Shown here in pieces: positions 38,201 through 53,200 of a DNA stretch of 64,000 nt. Location of the stretch: the NCBI RefSeq assembly GCF_964355755.1, contig NC_092674.1, forward strand, positions 10,974,001 to 11,038,000, written 5' to 3'. The translations under genes and the position numbers were made by a program. The notes under the pieces are model-generated. The model saw only the letters and a list, made by a program, of their open reading frames with translations, was not told where the DNA came from and made no database searches. The stretch is from Antedon mediterranea (lineage: Eukaryota > Animalia > Echinodermata). Numbering within the stretch: the first letter of the stretch is position 1; each line of letters starts with the position of its first letter.

Positions 38201-41200
38201 AATAACAAATTAAAAGCAAGAATATGTGTGAAAGTGGAATAGATTTGCTTGTGAAAATGTTTAGAGCACTGAATTTGATTTCTATCAGTTTAGTCAATCC
38301 TGAAAGGCAGAATTTTAAGCGTGATTATTTGCAAAACAATGAAATTATTATTGTAGATTAATGTAGCTGGTTATGCCAGGTTGTTCACTTCAGCTATGAT
38401 GAGGTTGAAATTGAAGCAAAACCTATTTGCAAACCAATCGGAAGCAGTAAGGCCATCAGTACATTTTTTGGATTAGTGTGCGAGTTGATTTCAAAACGGT
38501 TTGGCCATTCTCAATTTACTTCCGATGGGCATGATTTGTGATTGAAAATTTAAAGCAAGAAAAGAGATGTTTAAAGAAGCAAAAATTGTTTAGCTACCAT
38601 CAACCAATGTGTTAGGAGGTTATGGGTAAGCATAATATTTGCATCAACTTACTTTTATTACTCAAAATACCAGGGTAATATCCCTGAGCTAATGAAATAG
38701 AAGAAAAAAATGAAAAAGAAAAGCAAAGAAGTATATATTGAATGCATTCTAATATAACATATTTGTAAGATAGGAGCCTTATTGTTACATGGTACATGGG
38801 TTAAATTATTCATGATATAGCATTCAATGTTCCCGTAGACAAAGATGATAAACTATATGCCTATACTAGCAAACATTAGTTTATAAACAGAAGCAAACGC
38901 TGAGTTTTGCTCTGAGAAAGCTTTGCAAAGTTTGCTAGTATAAACAAACTGAAGCAAACTCTGAGTTTTGCTCTGAGAAAGCTTTGCAAAGTTTGCTAGT
39001 ATAAACAAACTGAAGCAAACTCTGAGTTTTGCTCTGAGAAAGCTTTGCAAAGTTTGCTAGTATAAACAAACTGAAGCAAACTCTGAGTTTTGCTCTGAGA
39101 AAGCTTTGCAAAGTTTGCTAGTATAAACAAACTGAAGCAAACTCTGAGTTTTGCTCTGAGAAAGCTTTGCAAAGTTTGCTAGTATAAACAAACTGAAGCA
39201 AACTCTGAGTTTTGCTCTGAGAAAGCTTTGAAAAGTTTGCTAGTATAAACAAACTGCAACAAACTGTAGAAACTTATTTTGAACAAGTTATTCAGCAAAC
39301 TTGATGAATTATTTTTCTGAGTTTTGTGAACTCAGGGAAACAAATAACAGTCTAGGCATGGATCTATGCATAGATCTAATAGAGTCCATGGTCTTTGTAG
39401 GCATATATCCCTGTAAATGGACAAAATGAATTCCTCCAAACTGAAATATCATAAAACAGTTTAGACTTGCTGTTTTAGAATTAGGGAAGAGTGACATTAT
39501 CAGCAGCACAACCTCATAGTTTGTTCATGTGGAAATTATATTATGAAATGATTTTAATAGCAAGGTATTAAGAATGAAACAGGAACAATTAGATGCCTCT
39601 ATACTTCACATGGCATGATGTTAACATTTTCACATGAATTGATAGATATTTTCAGTATTTAGTTCAATTTCAAAGAATGAATGAATTTCAGAATAACAGT
39701 AATTACTAAATTCAAAGGGTTTTATGCAATAAGTAGCTTAGTCGCAAAAATAACACATCAAGCTCTTTTTTAGCCAAAGATATTTGTCAACTTTTCCCAA
39801 ATTTGGACACAATTTGGCTGGCTGAAAAAAAAGTATTCCCTAGTAGGGTGTCACCTGAATAGGGTGTCCCAAAGGAGAGGTTCTACTGTATTAAGAGATA
39901 TCATACTAGTATAATGTTAAATTGAATGTAGTCATTTAGCAATCACAATTGAATTAATATAGTATTGATACCTCACAACCATTCAATAAACACAAGAACA
40001 AAATGGTTTTTATGCAATAAGCAGCTCAGTCGCAAAAGTGACAATGTAACACAAACAGTTTAAATATGCATATGTGACTACCTCACTCTCTTAGTTGTAT
40101 AGCCTAATAATCTATATAGCCTTATGTTATTTATTGAGTGACATGGTACCACATGCCATAACAAATAACAATAAGGTATGAGAAGTTGAAAACCAGCTAA
40201 GCATAGCATGACATACAGACACATCCCAATCAGGCTTAGTTACTTAACCAGGTAAGTTGTAATCATGGGGACAGTTATCACTAACTTTGGTAGAACTTAG
40301 AAAACTTAAATATCTGGAGGATTTTTGAAGCATATCCAAACTATAGAGTGTGCTATAATACTTTGAAAAATACATCAAACTACTGTAATTAGGGCGCTAT
40401 AAAAAAATAAAAAGATATTGGCATCTACGTATAATAGTAAACATGGGTATTTCATGGTGTACCAAAGGCGGAAAATGTCGAAAATATTGTATTTTAGCGG
40501 GAGAGTGGAAAATTATATGAAATATCAGGAGACTACAGTAATGCCATTATTAGGATATTTGTTTAATGAATTGATTATCATGGAAAATATGAAGTTTGTG
40601 TTTGAGTTGAGTTTTTTGAGTACAAAACCTTCCGTAGTCTGCAGCAATTTCTTGTAAAACCCTCGCAATATTAAACAATGTTTTTACCATTAAAAAGCAT
40701 TTCTACATACCTGGAACGGCAACAAAGAACTTAACAGCATCACGGTGTCCGTGGAATGAGAGCTGCGCCTGGGTGATGCTACAGTAAGGAATCATGCTGC
40801 CTGGTCTCACACTATCGCTGTTACTGTCTGCGTACACACGGATCACGCCACCTGGGCGCACCCCTGTATTACTAGCTGCTGATTTTGTTGCTAAAAATGT
40901 TTAAAGTACATAATTATTTACTTTTTAGCGGATGGTTGGCCAGTGCTTTCTGAAGTCCTGTTTTAAATAACACTGCTGCAACGTATGGTTATTGCACATG
41001 TACTAACAAAAAAAATGACTGAACTTTTTGTTGGGGACACATTTGGCAAACACTCAAAATACAAATTTTTCTTTACAGTTATACAGTTAGTCACTGTTTA
41101 GAAAAGTAGAATGCAAAATACAATAGACTCTCCCAAACAAACTGGCCCAAATTTCTGGGTTTTTTCAAAGGTAGAAAATAATTCTCAACCAAAATATTTA

Positions 41201-44200
41201 TGGTTTGGGAGAGTTGATTTTTTGTCACATTAATTAAACAATACAAAGGGGAATAAAAAAATGTTTGGGTATTTGGGAATGTGCATTTTCATCTGATTAT
41301 AAAGAACTTAAGTAGCCTGTAGGTTATATTTTAGTATAAAATAATATGAAAAACTTACCTTCTGAGAGAGGTATTGATATAATGACACCATTTCCAGTAC
41401 CAACCCACAATCTATTGCAAGCAATCCGTAAGGCTGTGATACGTACAAATGAGAAGCCTAGCTTTCCAGTACCTGAAAATTTTATTTTAATGTATTCTCA
41501 ATTTTACAAATGCAATTTTATGACGTCAAACCCTAATCCCAAATGGAACAGTCCACTTGTACATAAATAACACCATGCGATGTGCTCAAGTAGGACGTTA
41601 GGTCAAATGGCTTCATTGCTCTATACAACAAAACATGAAGTAGAAACGAACAGACGATTGGGACAACATATGTTTGGACCTAGTTTTTATTGCCAAGATC
41701 ATTTATGGTGGGAAAGATTATTTAGTGGGTTAGGCTCAGTTAGGTTGTTTATTTAGGAGTAAGCCCAAGTCCATTTTGTATACTGGTCCATTTCAACTCC
41801 TATCAATGTGGACAGACTAATTAGCACTGTTTGTTGGCTGCCCAAAGACACTTTATGTGTATTTCAATCCAATTATACTGTATGGAAGACGAGAGTTATT
41901 TGCTAACATTTACATCAAAGTGAACTGGTCTTACCTAACATTTTACTGACATATGGTTCAATATCAACATCTTGAAGGTGCTCACATGTGTGTGCATGGT
42001 AAAGTCGTAGTGTACTATCCAATCGTATTGAGATCCATACACCATCACCTTGCCAGGCTATTTGACGTACTTGACTTTCCTTACGTGGATGGGCGTCGAA
42101 GGATTTCTATTAAAAAAAAGTAATAGAGTAAAAGAAAAGAAATTCATAGCCAATCTTGGGGAACAGTTTTCTTGTGTAGCAAAATTATTTAAGGCCTAAA
42201 ATATGAAATATGCTGTTAGGAGTTCAATAGGAAAAAAATAAGTTAAAAGTAAATATATAATATATATAAAAAAGGTCTTGTAGGTTTTGATATAAGGGTC
42301 ATACACCATCTGTATTACTATTGATATCCCCAGTGGTGCAACGGCTATGAGAGCTCACTGGCTAAATCCATGGGCCTCGGAGCTTACAGGGTCCCTAAAG
42401 GAAACAACATGCATTAAAATATGTCGAAAAAGGTTAAAAACACACAAGCCCTCCAGCATTGTTGGGGTCCAAAGAGAGGAGCCTCTGCATTACGCCACGG
42501 ATATCTCAATATATTGATACCTTAGTGGGTTATTTTGCACAAAATCATCAAAAGTAGGAGGTAGGCTTATATTTGCATCAGGATGGCATGTATAAAAAAA
42601 CATTGAATTCTTGTTGAATATAGCTTCCGCATAAATGTGGAGAAAAACAATTTAGATAACTTTAATTTTCAATGCGGGTAAATTTTACTTACCTCAATTT
42701 TCAATGTGAGTGGATTAATGATGTGAATTTTGTTGCGTACTCCGCACCATACTCTATCATAAACAACCATAAGGCAGCGTATAGAATGATTTGGTTTGCT
42801 TAAGTCTAGCAGATGGTAGTTACTTAGATCCCACTGTCCATCTGAAAGTAACAATTTCATTTATTTAAAGATATATTGCCCCTTGACATTTCTTTTAAAA
42901 TGTTGTTGTTGAATATGCCATTTTAATGTTTTAAATTATTATCATTCTGTTTAAAAATTGAATCAGAAAAAATTATTTACCTGAAAAAAGGTGTAATTTA
43001 TAGCAAAATATAGCCAAAATGACCGTCAGACAATGGGGTTTTGGTTAAATTTAACCATTTAATTTGTCTTTTTATAAGTAAAATCATAATTTGTTTCGTT
43101 TTTTTATATTAAAACTGCAAAAAGGTCTATGCAAAGAATACTATACTAGAAAGTTGTAGGTAAATGAAAAAGATTACACCTAACAAAAACAACTGCATAT
43201 GATCCAAGCTGGCAAACCCAATTTGATCCAAAATAGAGTAGGCATTTTTTGTAACTGATAACATTATTATTTTAAATTGCATGCATGAGTGAGTTTCTTT
43301 AGTAGCCTAGTATTTTTTCTTAGAGTACCGATTGACCCTGTTTTTAATTGGTATGGTTGGGCAGTAACATTTGTTAAGCCTCCCAATACAATTTCCAACA
43401 ATTATAGCCTAGTTGAACATAGCCATCAGAAATAAATGACAAATTTGACATCTCAATTCACATTCAATTCACCAGGGAAAAATAGTAGTGAGTCCTCTAT
43501 CGGCAGCGAATCGTTTTTGCACACGAGACAGCGTGAACAATTACCCGGAAGCAACTTTGTTTTTAAAAATAAATATTAAGTTTTTGCAAACTGGCCAATT
43601 GGAACTTTTGGTTTTATTATACTAATGAATAATTCATGAAAACCTTTGACACAGCATCTACGAACCACGTGATATTGTTTTTTTATCGACAAAGCCATTA
43701 TATCTGTGTCAAACAAGGGTGAATTACACCGATGTTTTTTAAACAATTTTAGGGTATTCGAATGTTAAAATTTCGTCTAATTTGTTGAGGCTGTAATAAA
43801 ACAACCTAATTTTTTGAGAAGGTGGGTTTTATATTTTCTGGATATTTAATTTTTCAATAGTAGTTAATAAAAAAATCTTGTTGGTGTTATTTTTTATTTT
43901 TTTTTAATGGCTGCTTAAACATGTGCCTTTTTGGTTATTTTACTGCTGAAAATGGAACACATGGTTGTAGCTAAAATCATTTTTTACACCATAAGATTAA
44001 AAATGTTGCTTTTTAAATTAATAAGAACATTATATAATATATAGGAAAGTTGTTTTTAATCATAAAACTTTACAAAGCCTCTTTTATTTTATTTAAAAAT
44101 CAATATAGTCTAGGCCTAGTTTACAGGTAAGAGAGCTAGGCAATAGCCTGTTATTATAGTGGAGTAGTGCGTGTATTGTTGGCGCGTGTTCATTGTCAGG

Positions 44201-47200
44201 CGCGCGTATTTATAGGCCTAGGCCTAAGGAAATAAAAATAAATGATTACAAATATAACTAAATAATGATTATTATTAATTTAATGTTGTTTTTTGTTTAC
44301 AGATCACAGAGGGATGTTCTTAAGCTGTCTGCATACTTCAATACAATAGAAATAGCATTAATCAACAACAATTTCTCATTAATTTACCGGCATATGTGAA
44401 ATAACACATACAGTAATTTTATGGATATCTACAGATTTTTATTGCCAAAGGACATTTAATATTTAAAAACTTGATATTTTCCTAATTTACTTATTTAAAG
44501 GTTCAAGCGGAGGTTGGTTGTTGTGCGGTAATTCTTATAAAGTTTAAATGTGATTTCCAAATCGGCAATAAATAATCATTATATAAATATAAATAGAAAA
44601 AGGCCTAGTACAAAAGATGTTAATTTGATGTACAAAACTTGTTGTCTAATTTGTGATAATATTAAAGGTTTTATGTTAAATGGTGTGTATTTCATTTATT
44701 GCTCCATTATTATAATAAAAAGAAGGGAATCGTGAAATTTCATTAATTATTTAGCCCCAAGAATGTATTGATTTTATAGTATTTTACCAATTTAAACAGT
44801 CCAGGCCTAGCTTGCAGACAGTCCCCCTACCCACTTCTTAATAATTTTAAGAAAAATGAAAGTTCAACAATAATAATAATATTTCAAAATTTATAAGCCC
44901 TTTGTCCTCATATTTTAAGATTATGAATCAGCCACTTAACAAGAATAACAATCGAGGGGCCAATGATGAAGCGCATCTTCCCTCATTCTCTTCGCCTAAG
45001 AAAACGATTATCCAGCCCTGCCGCGTCTCCCTAGGCCTACGCGCACCGTGCTTTCGCTTAAAACAGACCTATATTCAACTCCTTATAGAATTTGTTTGAA
45101 AAATAACACAAAGCTTATTTTTGGAAATCTTAGAAAATACATATAAGACTATATTATACCGTTTTCAGAATTTCATTTAAAAATTCCAAATTAATGTTAA
45201 CTATTTTAACAAACTAGTTAGTTTTCACTTTCTTGTTTTCGTCGTATGACTCGCTTTGTTTACGCTTACACTTGGCTTAGACGTTTATCTTAGAATTCGA
45301 ATAAATGAATCCATAATCAACAAAAATTGGTACTGTTGTGGTTTTTGTTTAATATAAATATTCCTAATACACAGAAATCAACTAAACAGCAATATAATTT
45401 AATATAAACGAGTTAAAAAGGAAATTTAGACAGCCTATAAAATACGGAAGTCAGAACTCGCGTCGCTCGAAATGTTCGGTAACTTTCTATTTATAGCCTA
45501 TCGAAAAAGGCTCTGGCTAACTTTTAAATTAAAAAGGCTCTCGGAACACTTAATTTCCCATTATCACTATTTGACGTGGATGTGAATTAAACACTGAAGT
45601 GATGAGAGTGCTTTCTGATGAACACATTAAATATTACCTGCAGATCTGTGGAATACTGCTATAGTTCCATCTGCTATTGCAACAAATACACGACCTTTGA
45701 CATATCTGAAAGACCAAAGTGATAGTAGTACAAATAGTAAACAACATGTTGGCGAGAATCTCAATCTCTTCTACCAATAGAAGTGTTTTCAAAATGATGA
45801 AGGAAAATGTTTTAATTCACAATTTATCAAATCAGTTCCTACTACTTTGAAATTAGCATCATAAAATGGAAAGATTTTCTGTTCCTATTGACAAAAAAAG
45901 AAAGTTAATTGAAATCATAATTAATCTAGGATATCTATAGGCCACTACTTTATTACACCAACCTTCCAGAGATGTTCTCTACACAGGCCACTGAGATGCA
46001 CTTTCTCATAAAGTTATACATTATGTGCTATATTGGTTTAGTTACATTTTGGTATATTATTATATTGCAATTATGTGATGTAAACAACATTGGGGACAAT
46101 ATATAAAAAACTACATACACAATAGATAAAATTGAATCTTTAAGTTTGAGTGTGTGTAGACATCTCCTCCACTGTGATACTGCAGAGTGTACATATAGAC
46201 TGAAAAATGCAGACAATATTATTATTACTCCAAGCATCACATATTTAATTGTAAGCTTGTGATTGAAAAACTCTTATCCAAGCTCAGATTTATTTAATAC
46301 AATTTCATAATAAATATATGATATGTTGGAAAATAATCATATTCAATCATCTGTGAAAGAGTCAAATTGCATTGCATTATCCCAGCCAACAACCAGATTA
46401 CTATGAAACTGCAGTGTAGTTCAGGTCTAGTCTGAATACTTTATTAAAACTGGTTCTAGTGTTCATCCTCGCACCATAAAAAAAAAAAAAAATAAGGCTG
46501 TCAACCTTACATGTTAGGTCAAGATACAACTTTGCACTGATTACTAGCTGCATTAAGGGAGTATATTTCCATATGCCTTTGATAAAAATAATGACCAGGG
46601 TAATAATGTGAAGCGAATATTATTATTAATATAAAAGCTTTCGATCATGATTGTAAATTAGTATTTTTTATATTGGTCATGGTAATGGTCAATGTTTTGT
46701 GAGGTGGCTTTCAGCAAGGTCAAACATGCTCTTTAATATTGTCTTATTATCAGCTCATGGAATGAGACACACAGTTAACTATGGTGACAGAAGATAGTGA
46801 TTACATGAAGTTGACTGTGCCAAGGCTTACACAGTGACGCAGTTTTAGCCATACTCCTGCAAGTGTGCCAGAATCAGGATTTCAACCAGGGACCACCAAG
46901 CTTTAAGTGACAATGTTAGGGTTTCTTTTTATGTAAATAAACTCACCATCCGTTCTGACCTCCCAGCCACATCGTTGGTTTCACACTACTCATCTTCTCA
47001 GCCTCCACATACATAAAGTCATTCTCCATTTGTACTACAGACAGACCATCTTTGAGCAGGTCACTGGCATCCTGAGAGGCACTTCTTGCTCTCTTAGCAG
47101 CTTCACTCTGTAGTGAACTCACACCAAGAGGATCTGGTTGTACATCTGACAATGCAAGATATAAGGTAGGTAAATTTATTTGAATGACAAAGAAAATTAC

Positions 47201-50200
47201 TGTAATATCATAATGAAGATATTTGGTCACAATGTTATGTTACCGCAATCAAGTTTTTACTGTATTCAACACTCAAATCTGTATTTATTCCTTTTTTTTT
47301 ATTTATTTAGGTGACCAACTTGATCGAGCTTTACTCTTTTGGTCTATACCTTTCATTCACTTTGCCTTGTATTGATATTAAAATTATTAATATCATTGGT
47401 GTTCAATAAATAAATAAAATATGAAATGTATCATTTAACTTTGAAATTCTGACATGTGACAGGACTTCAACCCAGGACCCTTGGAGTGGTAGCTAAGCAT
47501 CATAACCACCAAGCCACAACTCCACTCCACATTCCTTCTTTGATTCTCTATTTTCATCTATAAATATAACAAAAAGTAAAGATAAAATTATCTCTTTACC
47601 ACTCTCACTATCTGAATCACTATCATTGGCATTTTGCGATAGAATCTTCTTCTCTGACACTACTCCTTCCATGCCGATCTGAGATGACGCCGGTGCGCCG
47701 ACAACAGCCTGTCGTAACACTTCCTCTGCATCTTTTGATGATGTGATGTTGGTACTCAGGTTAGCTTCTCCAACCTCTGCCTTGAACTCATGACTTGCAA
47801 TACTCACTTGATCAGCTAATATTCAAATAAAATATAAATGTTAAAATGCAGTCAAAAGAAACACCACCTAATCATATTTTGATTTGTTTCATGTCGAATA
47901 TCATGATAAGGCATAACAAGTTCTACATTATAAGATTTATTTTTAAGATTAGAGTAATGCTTGTTTGTTTGAAATCAGTTGACCTCAATTAAGGAAATTT
48001 GCATAGGACTTCTACAGAATCACGGCAAGTACCAGTAGACATCTACCCTTCTGAAAGATGCCATGGGTTTATTTTAGGCACACAAGCCACATGTGTGTAC
48101 ACTGGACGTTTTGATGTGATGTGCCCATATGGACACGAAGACTAATAAGATAATATCACTACCGTATTTGGGCTCCCTACACTGTTTTTTTGTCAAACTA
48201 GTTTGATAGTGTAGACAGAGCTTAAGATACTGTGTCTCTACCAAAGATGAAATAATATTTTTTCGTAGTGGCATACCTCTGTCAGATGACGGAGTATTAC
48301 TTCTGGGAGTTGACGGCACACTAACGGTTACCATAGTAACAGTACCAAATTTTTCTCCATCAGGTGAAGGTGATGATCCGTCTGTTTCATCATCAACCAT
48401 TGCTACAGGTTCATCGTTTGCTGGGTAGTCACTTTCAAGAGCACCTATATGGAAATAATAATGCAAGTCAGAAATATTCATGATTTAATATTTACAACAC
48501 AGCGCAATACACATCAAGAAAAAACTGAAGCAGTTTTAAAATTAACATTTCTATAGTGCCTTTACCAAGATCAAAGCATTTTTAAATAACACAAATTATT
48601 GAATCTCTGCAGACACAGAAGAAGTGCCTAACATGATAAACATGCTAAGAGGTCCTTATAAGGAAAACCTCACACCGCATCATAATTAATGCTTGATGGG
48701 AAGGCTCGTCAGATATACATGAGCTTAACAAAAAACAAAGTTGTATCAGAGGTGATATCTGGTTGGTATATTATTAAATAACCTTATTTTGGTTAATAAT
48801 TAACATTATTTTTGCTTGATTAAAAATGTACAGAGTAAGATTTAGATCTTTCCTGACACGTAGCACCTGCATTGGCTGGTGATACTTTGCTTTGGCTAAC
48901 CTGTCATTAAAGTACTGTACTAGGGATTGATGTCACCTCAATATTGTAAGTTCTACCATGACTAATTTAACTAAATTAACTGTTTCCTACCTGGTACACT
49001 ACAAATGCACAGTATATACGACTCGCTAACTGGAAATGCGTCAAGTATATTCTGAGGTTGGTTAGCATCCACGACTGTCACCTTGGCAACCGACTGGATA
49101 CTTGTACAGATCCAGACCAGGGATGACAGGTTGTTCTTCTGACATTCCTCTTGCTCTTTCTTTGCCTGCTTCAGCTCCTCGTCTAGTTTATCCACCTCGC
49201 TTCCAGACATGTTGGAGGGGTTCTGACCATCCTCAAGGTTTGAGGAGGAGTAGAAGACACTGGCACCTACGATAGAGCCACCGTCCCTAGTCCTGCCACC
49301 AGTTAGGTTCACCCCCGCTGCACACCATATCTGAAATAAAAAGTCAAAAGTAAAACAAAAAAGAAAAACTTGAATGGAAATCTGCAATCATTTTAAATCA
49401 TCAGATGTTTTCCATAATTATACAAAAAAAATGATTTTGGAAAGGGATACAAGTGAAACATAGATGGTATGTGAAATTACAATTATATTTTACAACAAAT
49501 GAAAACTAAAAAAACTCAAAGATAAACAACATTTTGTGTCAGACAATTTTTACTATCGGTTTTTTAGGTTTGAAAGAAAATAACATTACATTAGGAATCA
49601 TCCTTTGGGACACCTTATTCAGTGAATACCTTATTCAGAGGATTCCTCTGTTAAGGGGTTTCCTGTGAAACGAACAAGGGCCAATACACACTATGGATGT
49701 TTTTTAGTCTCAAAGACGTCCCCTTAATAGAGGTTCTAGTGTATTTTGAATATAACCAACACATATTATGGTGTAAAATCGATGATACAAGAGGCACTGA
49801 CTAAATTAATTAGAAAGCATTCTTTACCTTTGTTCCAGGTTCCTTTTCTAACAGAGGCCTACAGAACACTGGAACAGGGACACCAACTAAACATCCTCTG
49901 TTAGCCTCAGGTGGTTGAACACTCTTAGAAGGTGGTTGATGCTTGGCTGGTAAGCTCCATCCATAAGCTTGTACTCGTCCGTCATCTTTCTTTACATGAG
50001 CCTTCACTTTCTTGTACTGTTCACGTCGTTCTTTCACTCGCTGTGTGGCATCTCTGTGAAAGATACAAATACATGGTGTGATCATGTGACTACGTGTGAG
50101 GAATTTGTAAAAATAAGTCTAAAATGTGTTTTAAGCAATAATTACATGTAGTTAGATTAATTCTACAGCTACGCTATGTTCTAAGGTTTAATATCAAATA

Positions 50201-53200
50201 CTAGTGTAAGTATTCTTTTTGTGATAATTAATACAGTGTACACATTTAAATATATATATATATCGGCCGAGTGATAGGTTAAATTAATTCTATGATCTAT
50301 GAGAATGAGAAAAGGATATTCTCAACTCGAACAACCGACTATGTGTAGTAAGTGTTGCTTATGTTTTTGACAAACATAACAACACTTACAGCCCATTATA
50401 ATCATCATCATCATCATCAGATTTCATCATCATAATCATTAACCACATGATCTAAATCATAATAATCTTAATGTTCAAATAGGATGATTCACATTTCAAA
50501 GTAATAATATTGTCACTTCACATGATAAATGAAAACAGCAATATGTGATTAAAAACAAGTTGTGCATGAGATGATGCTAAAGGGATTAATTTTGAAGTGG
50601 ATTTGATATTATGAATGTTTAAAAGCAAGAAGGAATGCTACAAGCAGTGTGTGACTGAATAACATAGCAGTGTGTTGAAAAACTAATAATATAATATATG
50701 TAAATTAAATGAAGGTCATAAGGACCATTGCTGGGGTCAGGGTTCTAGTTTCACTTAGCATTTTCATTTCTAATTTATAACAACATTGATCAAGCATCAG
50801 TTATATGATGCTATGTATACCAAAGCCACAAAATGGTGGTGTAATAGCATGCAAAACTGGGTACTTCGTATGGACCTCCAAGTTGCTCATGGGAAGGACA
50901 TCTACTCACACTGCTCAGACAGAAAAGTGTGGCATAGGAAGGGATCTAATCAGACCAGACAAGTCTAATTTGCTTTTTTTTTGTAATAATCATTTATGTA
51001 AAACTGCAAATTGTACTGTGTGTTAGATATTAAAATGTGTATTTATATAAATCTAATACTACAATTAATACACAAAAAAGAAATATAAATTAAAGTGTCT
51101 ATTCATGCAGAAACAAATGAAAATACACCAATAAACTAATCATAACGAAACAACATTTTTTTTATAGTAATATATATTTGAACCAAAAATTTTTTTTTCA
51201 CCAACAAATCAAAAACACTTACGCATGCATCAATGGTTTAAAATCAACTATTCAAAATAAGCAAGACTTTTAAATATTACATAAATACATTTAAAGTTGT
51301 GTGTATTACGATTAAAAGAAAACCTGGGATCTTTAATTTGTAACAGTAATACATTAAAGATGTATTGTCCCTTCTGAATTTAAATTGGCCATATCAAAGT
51401 ATTATTATTCAAAAATTCGAGCCAAAAACAACAAGTTTACATAATTAAAAGGTAAATTAATTTGATTACATTTCGTCACGAGCGAAAGTAAACAAAGATT
51501 TCAAACCACGAGTATGCATTATGCATGATGCTAATTAGGATTGTTTACAACTCGTCACGGTTGAGAGGGTGTTTTCACACAGATCGCGAGGAAGTTTATG
51601 CATACAGAGTAGCCAAACAAGCGTGTTGCATTATGAGATATATTTTGATCGAAAACTTTGACTGGACGTCAAAGTTATTTTTTGAACAAAAAACGTATGT
51701 ATTTCAGTTAAATGATTTTTTTCCGACTAATTTTTGTTGAAGTTAATAACTATTATGAAATACTAATTACCCACTTTTTTTCGCAATTTTTTATTTTTAT
51801 TTTTGTAGAATTAGTCAGAGACAATACATCTTTAATTATTTAATTTACAGTATGACATTTCATACTTAAGTCACACTAGATATGTCATAAGCTGTTTCTT
51901 TTATGTATTGTATTTATTATACTTCACTTTCTGTTTCATTTTAAAAAGGATGTGAAGACTTTTAACAATCAAAGTACTGTTTTGATACCTTACACACCAC
52001 GAAAAGAAATTATAGCACGTGAAAGGAAAACTGGAAACATTAAGCAGGGTAGAGGTTATGACAAGCATTGGCCGCATTCAGGCTTAGTTATTTAGCTGGT
52101 TAATTTGTTGACCTATCCACCAAAATTACCGATAATTAGTCCATGAAGCAAACTTATCCAGGTAAATAAATAAGTCTGAACAGGGCCCATACAGTTTTCT
52201 GTATATTATAATAGTATTTTATATAAGCACATCAGGCAAAGGTGATATACTGAAATTTAATTAATTAATTTGAAACGATAAAGATAAGGAAATCGGTGAG
52301 AATGAGAAATAGTATTTTATATATATATATATATATTTTTTTGTACAATTAGGGGGACATTTTCACCACTATTAAAGGGGACATGGAAAAGTGAAACTAC
52401 AGTATCATAGTTACTGTAAATAGTCTAATTGGAAAACAGCAATTTAGTTTGTACGATCATGGATTAATAATTGGTATGATGAAAAAAATATATAATTACT
52501 TATATTAATTAAATAAACTATATAATTGATTTACAGTAAAATAAATTTATACAAAATATAACACAATATTTGATTTTCAAAAATAAATTTATCTAACACG
52601 CATAGAAGGCAAAATAATATGGGGTTGCTTTTATGCACTGATCAGTTTAGCTTTATGGTGTTTTGATTGATTTACTGAGCAAAAATATCATAATCATAAT
52701 TATTGTAACACAATAGTTTTAAAAACTATTCAAACATAGAATCAAAAAATCTTATATACAGTACCTGGGGGAAATTGTATCAAATAAAAAATTCACTTAT
52801 TAATAAGAACTGATTATCTTAGTAGCAATAATTAGCAATGACAATAATATTAAATAATAAAAATTATCTAGATTATATGTTCATAATATAAATGTTACCA
52901 TTGATTGAACCAAATGTGTTTTTTTCCTGATGAGTTTTGGAATGTTAATATGTACTTCATATTATTCTCAACTGGATATCTTGTTCAGAAATACTGTATG
53001 CATATTCAAGTCTAAGTCTAGTTAAAATCAATGAAATCAAATCACTTTTCCACATATAGTTTCCAAATTTGGAACATTAAGTGACTATAATACTACTTTG
53101 GTTTCGCATGCAATTGTGGGCGATAGAATCATTATTATTATACTCTAATATTGTAAAATATATTTCATCAAATATTTGTCCAATTACCCCATAAGCGTAA

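Noticed and set aside
38290-38460. Possible LINE reverse-transcriptase relic (WFANRFCFN-like), and similar at ~54700-55270
   Set aside because: Too short and degenerate to support by eye.
35491-39258. CRISPR-like arrays (25-bp and 61-bp repeats here; also the 42-bp and 17-bp arrays elsewhere)
   Set aside because: Units are head-to-tail with no unique spacers, there are no cas genes, and the context is eukaryotic introns.
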